A stretch of 64,000 nt of DNA from Xanthobacteraceae bacterium (GCA_049512975.1 JBEKWO010000005.1:22073-86072), one strand, 5' to 3'. Shown: positions 18,982-30,760, numbered from the stretch's first letter. The notes: generated from the sequence alone by a model not told the origin. Program-made: numbers and translations.

Positions 18982-19406
18982 CATTTTAAGGGTGGCTAAT
19001 TCCTGCTGCTTCCTCAACCTTCCTAGATATTTCAATAAATCCCTTGGAATGGGCATTTTTCAGCGTAATTGGCTCCCTTGATCAGTGCGCCGCTGGAGAT
19101 GGCTGCCTAGGAGGAGGCAGCGCGATCAGTGCTAATCGGGCAAGCCTTGTGCTCGCAAAGTCCCGCGCTAGGCGCGTGACCAGACGGCCGGCCTCCTCCG
19201 CATTGATCATGAGCAGCTTGATGATATCCTGCACGGTGCATCATGGTCAGGATCGAAGTCAGTGACCATAGCGCCAGAATGGCACGAGTGGCCCTGCTTC
19301 ACAGGCAGCGCCGAAACTTATCGATCGCACTGGGCAATCGAGATTTGTGGGTCAGGGCCGTCATGCAACCTCCATCGTTCCCTGAAATCCGCAATGCTTG
19401 AGAAGG

Positions 19407-20558
19407 ATGTCAGCAGGTGTTAACTGCATATGGTCGGCTGCAGTGAAGCTGAACTTTTTCCGTCGACGGCGTCTGCCAGCGAAATATGCGGCTCTTAACT
19501 ACTTCGGGACAAACAATCTCGGGGACGAAATTCAAACGATTGCGGCCTTGCGGTTTCTGCCGCGCGTCGATGCATGGGCGGATCGCGACCAGTTGAGTGC
19601 TTTTTTATCGGATACAACCCACAAAATCATTTTGAACGGATGGTTTCTTCGCCGGCCAGAGCATTGGCCGCCCTCTCGATGTCTTCATCCCCTGATTGTT
19701 TCGTTCCATCTGACACGCCGAGTTTCGGACTTGAATTTCAGCAAGGTCGCGCCAAGCTCGACGGTTCTTGGCCCAAAGGGGATCAGATATCTCAAAAATC
19801 ATGAACCCATCGGCGCGCGCGACCTGGACACTCTTGAGCAACTTCGAGCAGCGGGCGTGCGCGCGTACTTTTCGGGCTGCCTGACTCTGACTTTGCGTGC
19901 ACCACATTCTCCCCGCCGGGGCGAGATCTATGCCGTCGACGTTTCAGATGAGGTTTTTGCATTTCTTGCCTGCCACAGCGATGTCCCAATCACCCGGCTG
20001 ACGCACGCTGACCATGATCTGACCGGTCAAGCTCGCTTCGATAGGGCGGCATGGCTGCTTGCGCACTATTCTTCGGCCAAAGCTGTTGTGACCGGAAGGT
20101 TGCACTGTGCGCTTCCCTGCCTGGCACTGGGCACGCCAGTTTTGTTCGTCGAATCGGCTGACGATCCGTATCGTTTTCATGGCCTGAGAGATTGGCTAAG
20201 GCACGTTTCGGAGCCGCAGCTTCTCGAGGGTCGATACCAATTCGACCTGCGCTCGCCAACGCCGAACGGCAATGATTGGTGCGTCTTGCGTGATCAACTC
20301 GAGGAGAGATCAGATCGGCGAGTTGAAACTCGAGCTGTCTTTCGTTTGATGGTTTCCCTCCGTTTGAGTATGGCCGGGCCTCGGCGTCCGAAAGCTTGCG
20401 GGCCGGCGGTCGCCCTGAGGTATTCGAAACTCCATGCCCTCCACATTCGACCCAACGACCCATTTGCCTTCGCAGCTCGCGCTCGAGCCGCAATCCGATA
20501 CCCGACACACGGCGGTGCTTGCCAGACCCGGCAGGCAGCCCGTCGGTATCTCGTTTGA
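19407..20558 (+). CDS. polysaccharide pyruvyl transferase family protein (start uncertain: TTG 19398, ATG 19407 or GTG 19443)
   Basis: Motifs NYFGTNNLGDEIQ, IGARDLDTLEQLRAAGV, FSGCLTL and VVTGRLHCALPCLALGTPVLFVES match the PS_pyruv_trans family as I remember it. GC is about 52% by hand count. The last 40 or so codons are Arg-rich and overlap the next gene. Confidence 0.72.
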   Translation: MSAGVNCIWSAAVKLNFFRRRRLPAKYAALNYFGTNNLGDEIQTIAALRFLPRVDAWADRDQLSAFLSDTTHKIILNGWFLRRPEHWPPSRCLHPLIVSFHLTRRVSDLNFSKVAPSSTVLGPKGIRYLKNHEPIGARDLDTLEQLRAAGVRAYFSGCLTLTLRAPHSPRRGEIYAVDVSDEVFAFLACHSDVPITRLTHADHDLTGQARFDRAAWLLAHYSSAKAVVTGRLHCALPCLALGTPVLFVESADDPYRFHGLRDWLRHVSEPQLLEGRYQFDLRSPTPNGNDWCVLRDQLEERSDRRVETRAVFRLMVSLRLSMAGPRRPKACGPAVALRYSKLHALHIRPNDPFAFAARARAAIRYPTHGGACQTRQAARRYLV

Positions 20559-21609
20559 GAGTCTCGGGCGACGCCTAGAGACGTCTGAGCATCTCGATGG
20601 TTTCATTGCCGTGTTGCTGCCCGCGCTTCTCCGCGCCGATGGCGCCGTGCATGTCGCGGGCACACTGACGCGGGAAATCGTGCGAAATCTGATCGACGCC
20701 AGTGAAGGCTGGGAAAATTGGAATGTCGATCACTACCGTGCCCTGCGCATCAGCGCAGACTGCATCATCGATCCGCCGGTGCCAACGTTGTCCCCGCGAG
20801 CGGCTTTCGCCTGGTCGGGTAGTTTGAGATCTACTCATACCCTCGTGCGCCATTACGCCCGCAGCGTGCCGGGAGCGGTTCAGGTTGCTCGGATTGTTCA
20901 CGTTATCGGCCTGCAGGGTGACGCGCGAACGGTCTCTACCGATGCGATTGCGGCTGAAGTGAACAAGCATGCCGAACGACTCGGCGCGACAGCCGAATGC
21001 GTGGTGACGAACGCGCATGAGGTCGGTCTCGTCGAAACCGAGATGGGCGTGTTGCCAGTGATTGCGGCAGCGCTGCATCTCACCGCCACGGACCTGAAGC
21101 TCGGCTTTCACGCTCGACGATGGCCTTTCTCGGCACAGCTTCGTTACCCGAGGCCAGAACCCGCATTTCCCGATGTATTCTGCGGTTCTCGAATGCTGAT
21201 ACGTGCTGATGGCGGGGCGACAACCCCGACGCAGATGGTGCGCGAGGTTCGCGAGCATGCTCCGTTTCTGCTGGCTGCCATCAGCGGCTGCAGCGAGCGA
21301 CCTCGCTTCACTTCTCCCTGCGGAGCCTGCTCGGGCTGCATCATCACGTCGCTCGCATTCGCGGCCGCCGGCACCTCTCACCATGCTTTGCCCCCGCCAA
21401 CCGCATTTGAGGTTGCGCGGCTGCAGTGGAGCGATCCGATCGTCGCCGCGGAAGCAACCGAGATTGCTTCAGACTGGTCAACACCCGGATCGCGCTTACA
21501 TCTGGCACTTCGTCGCCGAGTCGAACGGGATCGCGCAAACGCCGCGAGCGTGGAAGTGCGCCGCTGGCTCGCCTCCGCCACCGGCCTGGGGCCCATCTGG
21601 CCACGCTGA
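20434..21609 (+). CDS. QueC-like PP-loop superfamily paralogue with a degenerate PP-loop (SGSLRS); unknown N-terminal domain
   Basis: 391 aa. It aligns by eye along its length with the next gene: AFAWSGSLRSTHTLVRH vs IAALSGGLDSTFTAVRH, VVTN vs VRTN, and GCSERPRFTSPCGACSGCIITSLAFAAAG vs VCWAGDDPGKNCGACEKCVMTRLNFLAAG. Confidence 0.6.
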   Translation: MPSTFDPTTHLPSQLALEPQSDTRHTAVLARPGRQPVGISFESLGRRLETSEHLDGFIAVLLPALLRADGAVHVAGTLTREIVRNLIDASEGWENWNVDHYRALRISADCIIDPPVPTLSPRAAFAWSGSLRSTHTLVRHYARSVPGAVQVARIVHVIGLQGDARTVSTDAIAAEVNKHAERLGATAECVVTNAHEVGLVETEMGVLPVIAAALHLTATDLKLGFHARRWPFSAQLRYPRPEPAFPDVFCGSRMLIRADGGATTPTQMVREVREHAPFLLAAISGCSERPRFTSPCGACSGCIITSLAFAAAGTSHHALPPPTAFEVARLQWSDPIVAAEATEIASDWSTPGSRLHLALRRRVERDRANAASVEVRRWLASATGLGPIWPR

Positions 21610-22826
21610 TGTCGCAACCCGTCCACATCTGGTTCGTGGAAGGTCAGGAGGGCGGCGAAGTCGTTCGCCGGCTCGTCTGCAAGGGCGTCGTGGGCCGCGG
21701 CGCGCCTCGTCTCGACCTGTGGTGGCGTATTCCGGGTATCGCTTCCCTCCCAACGCCGCCAGTACTCGACTCCCTGCTCGGGGGCCCGTTGCTCTGGGCA
21801 GCGATGTCGGACCAGGACGTCGTCGTGCACGGGCCGGTCAGCACCGGTGGCCTGTACAACCTGAGTCAGCTGATCGAAGTCCGTCAACGGCTCTCGCCCG
21901 AGCGCTACCCGCGCGTGATCGAAGTGCGTCCGGACAGTATCCTCGAAGTCGCGCGCGACGCTCATGAGCCGTCGAAGGCGATCGCTGCGTTGTCCGGCGG
22001 CCTAGACTCAACCTTCACCGCCGTACGGCATGGGCTCGGGCTGGCAGGCGAGGCCACGATCCCCATCGAGGCGATGGTGATGATCCATGGCTTCGACGCA
22101 TCGCTCGATCGCATGGATCAATTCGATGCGATGCGCCGCCGCGCCGAGCCGACGATAAAGCTGCTCGACGTTCCCTTTCATGTCGTGCGCACCAACAGCA
22201 AGCTGGACGGACGGACCTGGCCGCATTCCGCGATCCCGCTGACAGTGAGTGCTCTCTCGCATTTCGGCCATCTGGCGCCGATCGCCCTGGTCTCCTCCGG
22301 CGCACCGTACGGAATCCCACGGTTCGGCATTTCGCATCCTACGGCAGTCGAATCGCTAGCATCAGGCGACTGGTTCCGCGTGGTGACGGACGGGAGCGGA
22401 TTTGGCCGTACTGAAAAGGTGGAGATGTTGACGCCGTACCCGGCCGTGCTCGCTGCCGTCAAGGTCTGCTGGGCGGGCGACGACCCCGGTAAGAACTGCG
22501 GAGCGTGCGAAAAGTGCGTGATGACTCGCCTTAACTTCCTGGCGGCGGGTATCCGCGATGCACCCTGCTTCGACACGCCGCTGACTCCAGAACTGATCGC
22601 AGGCCTCTCCATGCCGTCGATGAACGCGGTACGCGACCTGTTCCGGACGTGCTGGAACGAGTTAGAGGCGCGCAATTGCAGCGGGCCGGAAGTCGACCTA
22701 CTGCGCAGGCGCCTGAGCCGTGTTCCGCCGGACGTTGTGGTCGAGTGGAGGAAGAAAACTCACGACAACATTGCGCGATGGCTGCCACGGTGGGTCAAGC
22801 AACTCATTAAACGCGCGCTCGCCTAG
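21609..22826 (+). CDS. QueC-like PP-loop ATP pyrophosphatase with an unknown ~125-aa N-terminal domain
   Basis: The ATG at 21609 overlaps the upstream TGA (TGATG). It has a canonical PP-loop AIAALSGGLDSTFTAV and a QueC-type Cys tetrad C-x9-C-x2-C-x2-C (VCWAGDDPGKNCGACEKC). Confidence 0.7.
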   Translation: MSQPVHIWFVEGQEGGEVVRRLVCKGVVGRGAPRLDLWWRIPGIASLPTPPVLDSLLGGPLLWAAMSDQDVVVHGPVSTGGLYNLSQLIEVRQRLSPERYPRVIEVRPDSILEVARDAHEPSKAIAALSGGLDSTFTAVRHGLGLAGEATIPIEAMVMIHGFDASLDRMDQFDAMRRRAEPTIKLLDVPFHVVRTNSKLDGRTWPHSAIPLTVSALSHFGHLAPIALVSSGAPYGIPRFGISHPTAVESLASGDWFRVVTDGSGFGRTEKVEMLTPYPAVLAAVKVCWAGDDPGKNCGACEKCVMTRLNFLAAGIRDAPCFDTPLTPELIAGLSMPSMNAVRDLFRTCWNELEARNCSGPEVDLLRRRLSRVPPDVVVEWRKKTHDNIARWLPRWVKQLIKRALA

Positions 22827-23045
22827 CGCCTACGCGTCACTTTGCGTCGCTCGAGATTCACGAAGCCACGACCCGACGCCCTGGTGTAATGCTTCGAACG
22901 CGGAGGCCGCGAGTTCTTCCTGCTTTTCAGCAGGCCAGTCCCGGAAAAGCGCTTGCGCTGCTTTCCAGGTGCTTCCCCCGCGGCGAGCCCATCACGGCTC
23001 GCCGGGAATCTCTCATATAATATGTATAAAAATCAGTAGCTTAAG

Positions 23046-23121
<76 letters not shown>

Positions 23122-23154
23122 TCCAGAGAACAGGTATCGGTAATCATGGAACAG

Positions 23155-23199
23155 TAGTCAGTAATCATGGGCACGTTCTGATTACTGATTGCTGACTAC
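23155..23199. repeat. bulged hairpin GTAGTCAGTAATCA...TGATTA(ctgattg)CTGACTAC downstream of the TIGR02300-family gene
   Basis: 8-bp and 6-bp stems. It shares the CAGTAATCA/TGATTACTG core with 16762-16794. GTAATCATGG is also repeated at 23140 and 23161. Confidence 0.65.
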
Positions 23200-23209
23200 C
23201 GATGCCTGA

Positions 23210-23623
23210 TTAGCCTTCCTCCTCGTCTTCGATGTCGCCGCCGATGATGTCGGTGACATCGGCGTCCTCTTCCTCCTGCTCCTCGATGAGGGCGGCATCG
23301 TCCAGGCTCTCGCCGATCTCGACATCTTCTTCGATGTCGGGCTCGGTGGTTTCGACCGCCTTCTTGCCGCCCTGCGCCTCGGCGTCGGCATCTTCCAGCG
23401 AGACGAATTCGGCTTCCACCGGCTCCGGCACCGCGACTTCTTCTGCCGGAACGGGAGTGCGTGGAGCCGCCGCCTGCTGCTCGGGCCGCGCCCGCGAGAT
23501 CGGCGTTTCCACCGGCACGACTTTGCCGGTATACGGCGAGATCACGGGATCCTTGTTGAGGTCATAAAACTTGCGCCCAGTGTCGGGGCAGATGCGCTTG
23601 GTGCCAAGTTCCGCTTTCGCCAC
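23210..23623 (-). CDS. TIGR02300 (FYDLN_acid) family protein, acidic C-terminal tail
   Basis: [34 protein letters not shown]..., followed by an Asp/Glu-rich tail. Confidence 0.85.
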   Translation of the reverse strand: MAKAELGTKRICPDTGRKFYDLNKDPVISPYTGKVVPVETPISRARPEQQAAAPRTPVPAEEVAVPEPVEAEFVSLEDADAEAQGGKKAVETTEPDIEEDVEIGESLDDAALIEEQEEEDADVTDIIGGDIEDEEEG

Positions 23624-23731
23624 GGCCGAAATCCTTCAATTTGGGAGCTTCACTTGGCTAGTCGTGGTGCGCCTGTCAATAGCGGATTGCCGCCGCCCCG
23701 TGATAGAGGACGCGGGCTGGATTCTTTCCCT

Positions 23732-25060
23732 ATGCACGCCGATCCCCCGACCCTCACCGCCCGCCGCCATGGCCCCTTGAAAGGCCGTGTGCGCGTACCC
23801 GGCGATAAATCGATCTCGCATCGGGCCCTGATCATCGGCGCGCTCGCGGTCGGCGAGACGGCGATCAGCGGCTTGCTCGAAGGCGAGGATGTCCTCAATA
23901 CCGCCAAGGCGTTGCGGGCGCTCGGCGCGCAGGTCGAGCGGCCCGCGGCGGGGGAATGGCGGGTCCGCGGCGTTGGGGTCGGCGGCTTCGCCGAGCCTGC
24001 GGCGCTCCTTGATTTCGGCAATTCCGGCACCGGGTGCCGGCTCATGCTCGGGGCGGTAGCCGGCTGCCCCATCACCGCGACCTTCGACGGCGACGCCTCA
24101 TTGCGCAAGCGCCCGATGCAACAGGTGCTCGACCCGTTGCAACGCATCGGTGCGCGTACGCTCGCGGCGACGGCCGGCCGCTTGCCGCTGACGCTTGCCG
24201 GCGCGCGCGCGCCCATCCCCATCGTGTTCGAGCCGCCGGTGCCGTCGGCGCAATTGAAGTCGGCGGTGCTGCTTGCCGGCTTGGCAGCGCCGGGCGAGAC
24301 GGTCGTCATCGAAGCGGAAGTGACGCGCGACCATACCGAAAAGATGTTGGCCCTGTTCGGCGCCGACGTCCGGGTCGAGCCGCAGGGGGCGAATGGCCGC
24401 CGCGTTACGCTAGCCGGCCAGCCGGAGCTTTCGCCGCAGCCGATCAGGGTCCCCGCCGACCCGTCCTCGGCGGCGTTTCCGCTCATCGCCGCGCTGATCA
24501 CGCCGGGCTCTGACGTGATTCTCGACGGCGTGATGCTCAATCCGCTGCGCACCGGCCTGATCACGACTTTGCGCGAGATGGGGGCCTCGATCGAGCAGAT
24601 CGAGAGGCGCCAGGAAGGCGGCGAGGACGTTGCCGACCTGCGCGTGCGGGCTGGCGCACTGCGCGGTGTCGAGGTCCCGGCCGCGCGCGCGCCGGCGATG
24701 ATCGACGAATATCCGGTGCTGGCGATTGCCGCCGCCTTTGCCGAGGGCACGACGGTGATGCGCGGTCTCAAGGAGTTGCGGGTGAAGGAGTCCGACCGCC
24801 TCGCCGCGACCGCCGACCTGTTGCGCGCCAATGGGATTGCGGCCGACATCGAAGGTGACGATCTTATCGTGGACGGCAAGGGCCGGGCCCCCGGCGGCGG
24901 CCTCGTCGCAACCCACATGGATCACCGCATCGCCATGGCGGCGCTGGTGCTGGGGCTTGCCAGCGAGCAGCCGGTGAAGATCGACGACGCCAGCTTCATC
25001 GCCACGAGTTTTCCGGGTTTTCTGGATTTGATGCGATCGCTGGGCGGGATTTTGTCATGA
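23732..25060 (+). CDS. aroA: 3-phosphoshikimate 1-carboxyvinyltransferase (EPSP synthase)
   Basis: [39 protein letters not shown]...LDFGNSGTG...KESDRL.... Start is at the ATG at 23732. Confidence 0.93.
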   Translation: MHADPPTLTARRHGPLKGRVRVPGDKSISHRALIIGALAVGETAISGLLEGEDVLNTAKALRALGAQVERPAAGEWRVRGVGVGGFAEPAALLDFGNSGTGCRLMLGAVAGCPITATFDGDASLRKRPMQQVLDPLQRIGARTLAATAGRLPLTLAGARAPIPIVFEPPVPSAQLKSAVLLAGLAAPGETVVIEAEVTRDHTEKMLALFGADVRVEPQGANGRRVTLAGQPELSPQPIRVPADPSSAAFPLIAALITPGSDVILDGVMLNPLRTGLITTLREMGASIEQIERRQEGGEDVADLRVRAGALRGVEVPAARAPAMIDEYPVLAIAAAFAEGTTVMRGLKELRVKESDRLAATADLLRANGIAADIEGDDLIVDGKGRAPGGGLVATHMDHRIAMAALVLGLASEQPVKIDDASFIATSFPGFLDLMRSLGGILS

Positions 25061-25695
25061 TCATCGCCATCGACGGACCGGCCGCCTCGGGCAAGGGGAC
25101 GATCGCCAGACAAGTCGCGGCCGTCTATGGACTGCATCATCTCGATACCGGGCTGCTCTACCGCGCCGTAGCCAAGGCGGTGCTCGACGCCGGCTATTCG
25201 CCCAGCGATGTGGAACGCGCCATCGAAGCCGCCATCGCGCTCGATCCGGCAAAATTCGATGACAATGTGCTGAAATTGCCGGCCATTACCGAGGCCGCTT
25301 CGGTGGTCGCAGCGATCCCGCAGGTGCGTCAGGCGCTGATGAGCTATCAGCGCCAATTCGCGACGCGGCCGCCCGGCGCGGTGCTCGACGGCCGCGATAT
25401 CGGCACCGTCATCGCCCCCGGCGCCGACGTGAAATTGTTCGTGGTAGCGAGCCCGGAGGTGCGGGCCGCTAGGCGCGTCCGTGAGCTTCGGGCGCGCGGC
25501 GAAGAGGCCGATGAGAAGGAGGTCTTAGCCGACCTCCTCCGGCGCGACGAACGCGACTCCCGGCGCACCGCTGCGCCGCTCAAGGCGGCGCCGGATGCGC
25601 ACTTGCTCGACACCACCCATTTAGGTATAGACGCCGCATTCCGGGCCGCTGTTGAGATCATCGAGGCCGCCCGAACGGGCCGAAGGCGCGGTTGA
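25057..25695 (+). CDS. cmk: cytidylate kinase
   Basis: [21 protein letters not shown].... It has an ATGA overlap with aroA. Confidence 0.93.
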   Translation: MIIAIDGPAASGKGTIARQVAAVYGLHHLDTGLLYRAVAKAVLDAGYSPSDVERAIEAAIALDPAKFDDNVLKLPAITEAASVVAAIPQVRQALMSYQRQFATRPPGAVLDGRDIGTVIAPGADVKLFVVASPEVRAARRVRELRARGEEADEKEVLADLLRRDERDSRRTAAPLKAAPDAHLLDTTHLGIDAAFRAAVEIIEAARTGRRRG

Positions 25696-25855
25696 CTGCG
25701 CTTTCGTCATTGGAGGTTCCGCCCGTTCGCCGCTTCGCATGCGAGGCCCCGGACAAAGCTTCGTCCCGATCGTCTGGCTTTGGCCCCAACCGCCGGCTTC
25801 CCCGGCGGCTGCTGTGCGTTCGGGACCGTTCCATTTCACGGGGCTCGGAGTATTC

Positions 25856-27598
<1,743 letters not shown>

Positions 27599-27707
27599 CG
27601 CGGCTCATGGGCGGCCGGCGACCGAGCTGCGTCCTGGCCGCTCAAGTCATCGTCGCGCCGGCGCGCCGGCCTCCGCCGCGCCTTGTCCTGGCGCATACCG
27701 CGTGAAC

Positions 27708-29241
27708 ATGCGGCGCGGTATGGCCAAGCGATCCTTGTTGCAGGGGCTGCAGGTGCGAGCCGCGGCGCTTATCTCGCCGTTCACGGACAACTCGCGCGTC
27801 GTGACGTTCTGCCTGTTCGGCTACGCGGTTCTTTTGGTGCCGATTCTGGTTGGCGTAAAGTGGCCGCAGGACCTATTCCAGGATAGCGTCGAGGCCTACG
27901 CCTGGGGCCAGCAATTCCTCGGCGGCTACGGTCGGCATCCGCCGATGACCGGTTGGATCGCCGGCGTTTGGTATCGCCTGTTCCCGGCGGCCAACTGGTC
28001 CTCCTATCTGCTTTCCCACGTTATGGTCGCGATTTCGTTGATCTCGGTCTACTTTATCGGGCGGCGCGCTCGACGCTCGCCGGGCCACGTTCGCCATCTT
28101 TGTTCTAATGTTGTATCCGCTGTTTCATCTGAACTCGGATCGCTACAACTGCTACCAGGTGCTGCTGGCGCTGCTGCCGCTTCTGGTTCTCGCTTTCCTG
28201 AACGCGTTCGAAAGGCGCACCGCCGGCTCCGGGGTGTTGCTCGGCCTCGCCGCAGGGGCGGCCACGTTGACCAATTATTCGGTGCTGATTTGTGTTGTTG
28301 GGATCGGGCTTGCGGCCGTTCTGCACCGGGATCGCCGCCGCTTTTTTACTTCGCCATCGCCATATTGGGCCACCGCCGTTTGCTTTCTTGCTTTGTCTCC
28401 TCACCTCGTTTGGCTGGTCAATCGGAACTATTCCTCACTACGATGGGTCGAGGCGCAAATAACGGGAGAGAGTACCGCCGAAAGCGTGCTTCATTATCTG
28501 TATGATCACGCATTCTTATTCATCATGCCGCTTGTCGGCGCCGCATTGGCGCTTTGGCCGATTCGGTGGAGCGGGGCGGGCAAGGAGCGGAAACTTACCT
28601 CTCCGGCATTTCTCGTCCTGGTGATTGGCGCGGTGCTGGTCTGCTCGCCGCTGCTGCTGGCCATTCCTTTGCACGTTCACTTGAAATCGGATTGGGGAAA
28701 GTCGCTGTTTTTCCTGGTGCCGATCATGGCATTGCTGCTTGTGCCGCGGCTGCGGATCACCCGTCGCGCCGTGGCCTCGAGCGCGCTGATTGTGGGTGTT
28801 TGGCTGTTGCTGATGGTGGTCGCTGCCCCGGTCTATCCTTGGCTGAGCTTCCGCGTGCGGCCGAACGCAGGGTCCTACCACCCGTTCTCTGAGATCGCTC
28901 CGGAGGTTACGCGTCTTTGGCGGGAGCGTTACAACTCGCCGCTGCCGCTCGTCGTTTCCAGGTTCTCCGTCGCGGCGGCCGTAGTCTTTTACAGTCCCGA
29001 TCACCCCCGAATGTATGCTGACTTTAACCCAGACCATAATCCTTGGCTCGATTATCCCACCGAGCTTCACCGCAAGGGATTTGTTGGCGTATGCGTCGAA
29101 GACGATGAATACTGCACAACAGAACTCGACAAGATCGCCCCTAACGCCGAACGACTTATTATTGGGGTATCGCGTAAATTCGCCGGCATGAGCGGCAATA
29201 TCGTGAAAGCTCAAGTTCGCATCGTGGGTCCGGGCTCATGA
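27708..29241 (+). pseudogene. glycosyltransferase family 39 (ArnT/PMT_2-like), reading frame broken near 28060-28070
   Basis: The N-terminal part is in one frame (...AYAWGQQFLGGYGRHPPMTGWIAGVWYRLF...ISLISVYFIGRR). The polytopic remainder is in the next frame (ALDARRATFAIFVLMLYPLFHLNSDRYNCYQVLL...). The second frame is open only from 28042. Confidence 0.7.
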
Positions 29242-29373
29242 AAGGCACTTATTCTCTGCGGTTCGAAATAACATTTCCGAGGTTTGTCACAATCGCGACG
29301 CTTCAGTGGTTGCCATTGACCGACACTAGGGGACGCGGCACTGTCGCGCGAATTATTCGAAGGAGACGAGCAC

Positions 29374-30354
29374 ATGTCGCTTGACGCTGACTTGATCGTC
29401 GATCGCCGCCGCATGCGGCGCAAGCTGACCTTTTGGCGCGTGTTTGCCATCGTGATCTTCGCTCTCGCCGTTATCGGCGCGGCCGTGCAGGTGAGCGATC
29501 GCACCGGTTTTGCCGGCGCCGGCGCTTACATCGCGCGGGTGACGATCAAGGGATTGATCCGCGACGATCAGGAACGGGTGCAGCAGCTCGATCGACTGGC
29601 CCGGTCGTCGACGGCGCGCGCCGTTGTCGTGCATGTCGACAGCCCCGGCGGCACCACCGCCGGATCGGAGCAGCTGTACGACGCGCTGATGCGACTGAAG
29701 GACAAGAAGCCGCTGGTCATCGTCGTCGACGGGCTCGCCGCCTCCGGCGGCTACATCACGGCGCTGGCCGGCGATCACATCGTCGCCAAGCAGACCTCGC
29801 TGGTCGGCTCGATCGGCGTTTTGTTCCAATATCCCAACGTCGTCGATCTTCTCGACAAGATCGGCGTCAAGGTCGAGAGCATCAAATCGTCGCCGCTCAA
29901 GGCGGCGCCGAACGGCTACGAGCCGACCTCGCCGGAGGCGCGCGGGGCGATCGAGTCGATTATCAAGGATTCCTACGCCTGGTTCCGCGGCCTCGTGCAG
30001 GATCGCCGCCATCTCAACGACGACGAGCTGCAGGCCGTCGCCGATGGCCGCGTGTTTACCGGCCACCAGGGGATCGGGCTGAAGCTGGTCGACGAGATCG
30101 GCGACGAGCGGGCCGGCATCGCCTGGCTCGCCAGCGCCAAGAGCGTCGACTCAAAGCTGCCGGTCCGCGACTATCAGCTGCACAGCCGCTTCGGCGATCT
30201 GCCGTTCCTGCACGCGATGGCCGCGGCGGCGCTCGACGCGGCGGGGCTTTCCACGCTCGCCCGCCGCATCGACGATTGGGGCGGCATCCAGGCGGTCGAA
30301 CGGCTCAACCTTGACGGTCTGCTGGCGCTTTGGCACCCTGCGGGCGCGAATTGA
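29374..30354 (+). CDS. sppA: signal peptide peptidase SppA, 36K type
   Basis: 326 aa: ...[16 protein letters not shown]...[16 protein letters not shown].... An AAGGAG Shine-Dalgarno sequence lies upstream. Confidence 0.9.
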   Translation: MSLDADLIVDRRRMRRKLTFWRVFAIVIFALAVIGAAVQVSDRTGFAGAGAYIARVTIKGLIRDDQERVQQLDRLARSSTARAVVVHVDSPGGTTAGSEQLYDALMRLKDKKPLVIVVDGLAASGGYITALAGDHIVAKQTSLVGSIGVLFQYPNVVDLLDKIGVKVESIKSSPLKAAPNGYEPTSPEARGAIESIIKDSYAWFRGLVQDRRHLNDDELQAVADGRVFTGHQGIGLKLVDEIGDERAGIAWLASAKSVDSKLPVRDYQLHSRFGDLPFLHAMAAAALDAAGLSTLARRIDDWGGIQAVERLNLDGLLALWHPAGAN

Positions 30355-30424
30355 GCGGCGGAGCGTGCGTCGGCGCTCCGTTATGTCACCCTCCGATGAC
30401 CGAAGGCATGCTCGCGGGCACCCC

Positions 30425-30715
30425 ATGATCAAGTCCGAACTCGTGCAACGCATTTCCGCGCAGAACCCCCATCTTTACCAGCGCGACGTCGAGAAAATCG
30501 TCAATGCCATCCTCGGCGAGATCATCGCGGCGATGGCGCGCGGCGACCGCGTCGAGCTGCGCGGCTTTGGTGCGTTCTCGGTGAAGCAACGCCCGGCACG
30601 CACCGGGCGCAATCCGCGCACCGGCGCGCACGTCGCCGTCGACCAGAAGTGCGTGCCGTTCTTCAAAACCGGCAAGGAAATGCGCGAACGGCTCAATCAG
30701 GCGGCCGAGGCCTGA
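30425..30715 (+). CDS. ihfB: integration host factor subunit beta
   Basis: [33 protein letters not shown]...[21 protein letters not shown].... Confidence 0.93.
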   Translation: MIKSELVQRISAQNPHLYQRDVEKIVNAILGEIIAAMARGDRVELRGFGAFSVKQRPARTGRNPRTGAHVAVDQKCVPFFKTGKEMRERLNQAAEA

Positions 30716-30760
30716 GCCGCTCGCACATGATCCTCCACCGCGATACGCAGCGGAGCGGGG

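Noticed and set aside
18982-19400. Small ORFs in the islet's left 400 bp: the 73-aa plus ORF 19044-19265, an 18-aa minus ORF with a GGAGG SD at about 19340, and a 51-aa GTG-initiated minus ORF (VQDIIKLLMINAEEAGRLV...)
   Set aside because: None has a recognisable family or convincing length. They could be excisionase, regulator or integrase debris, but I cannot support a call.
22827-23045. Possible vestige of a P4-type (DUF4102) integrase N-terminus on the minus strand next to the tRNA 3' end
   Set aside because: One frame reads ...AAGEAPGKQRKRFSGTGLLKS..., vaguely like AAKPGxKPxKxSDGGGLxLxV. The similarity is weak, there is no start codon in that frame, and only about 190 bp are available before gene 3. 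This is not supportable without a profile search.
23650-24918. 422-aa minus-strand ORF
   Set aside because: It is antisense to aroA. It is Ser/Ala/Arg/Pro-rich, with no start context and no family resemblance.
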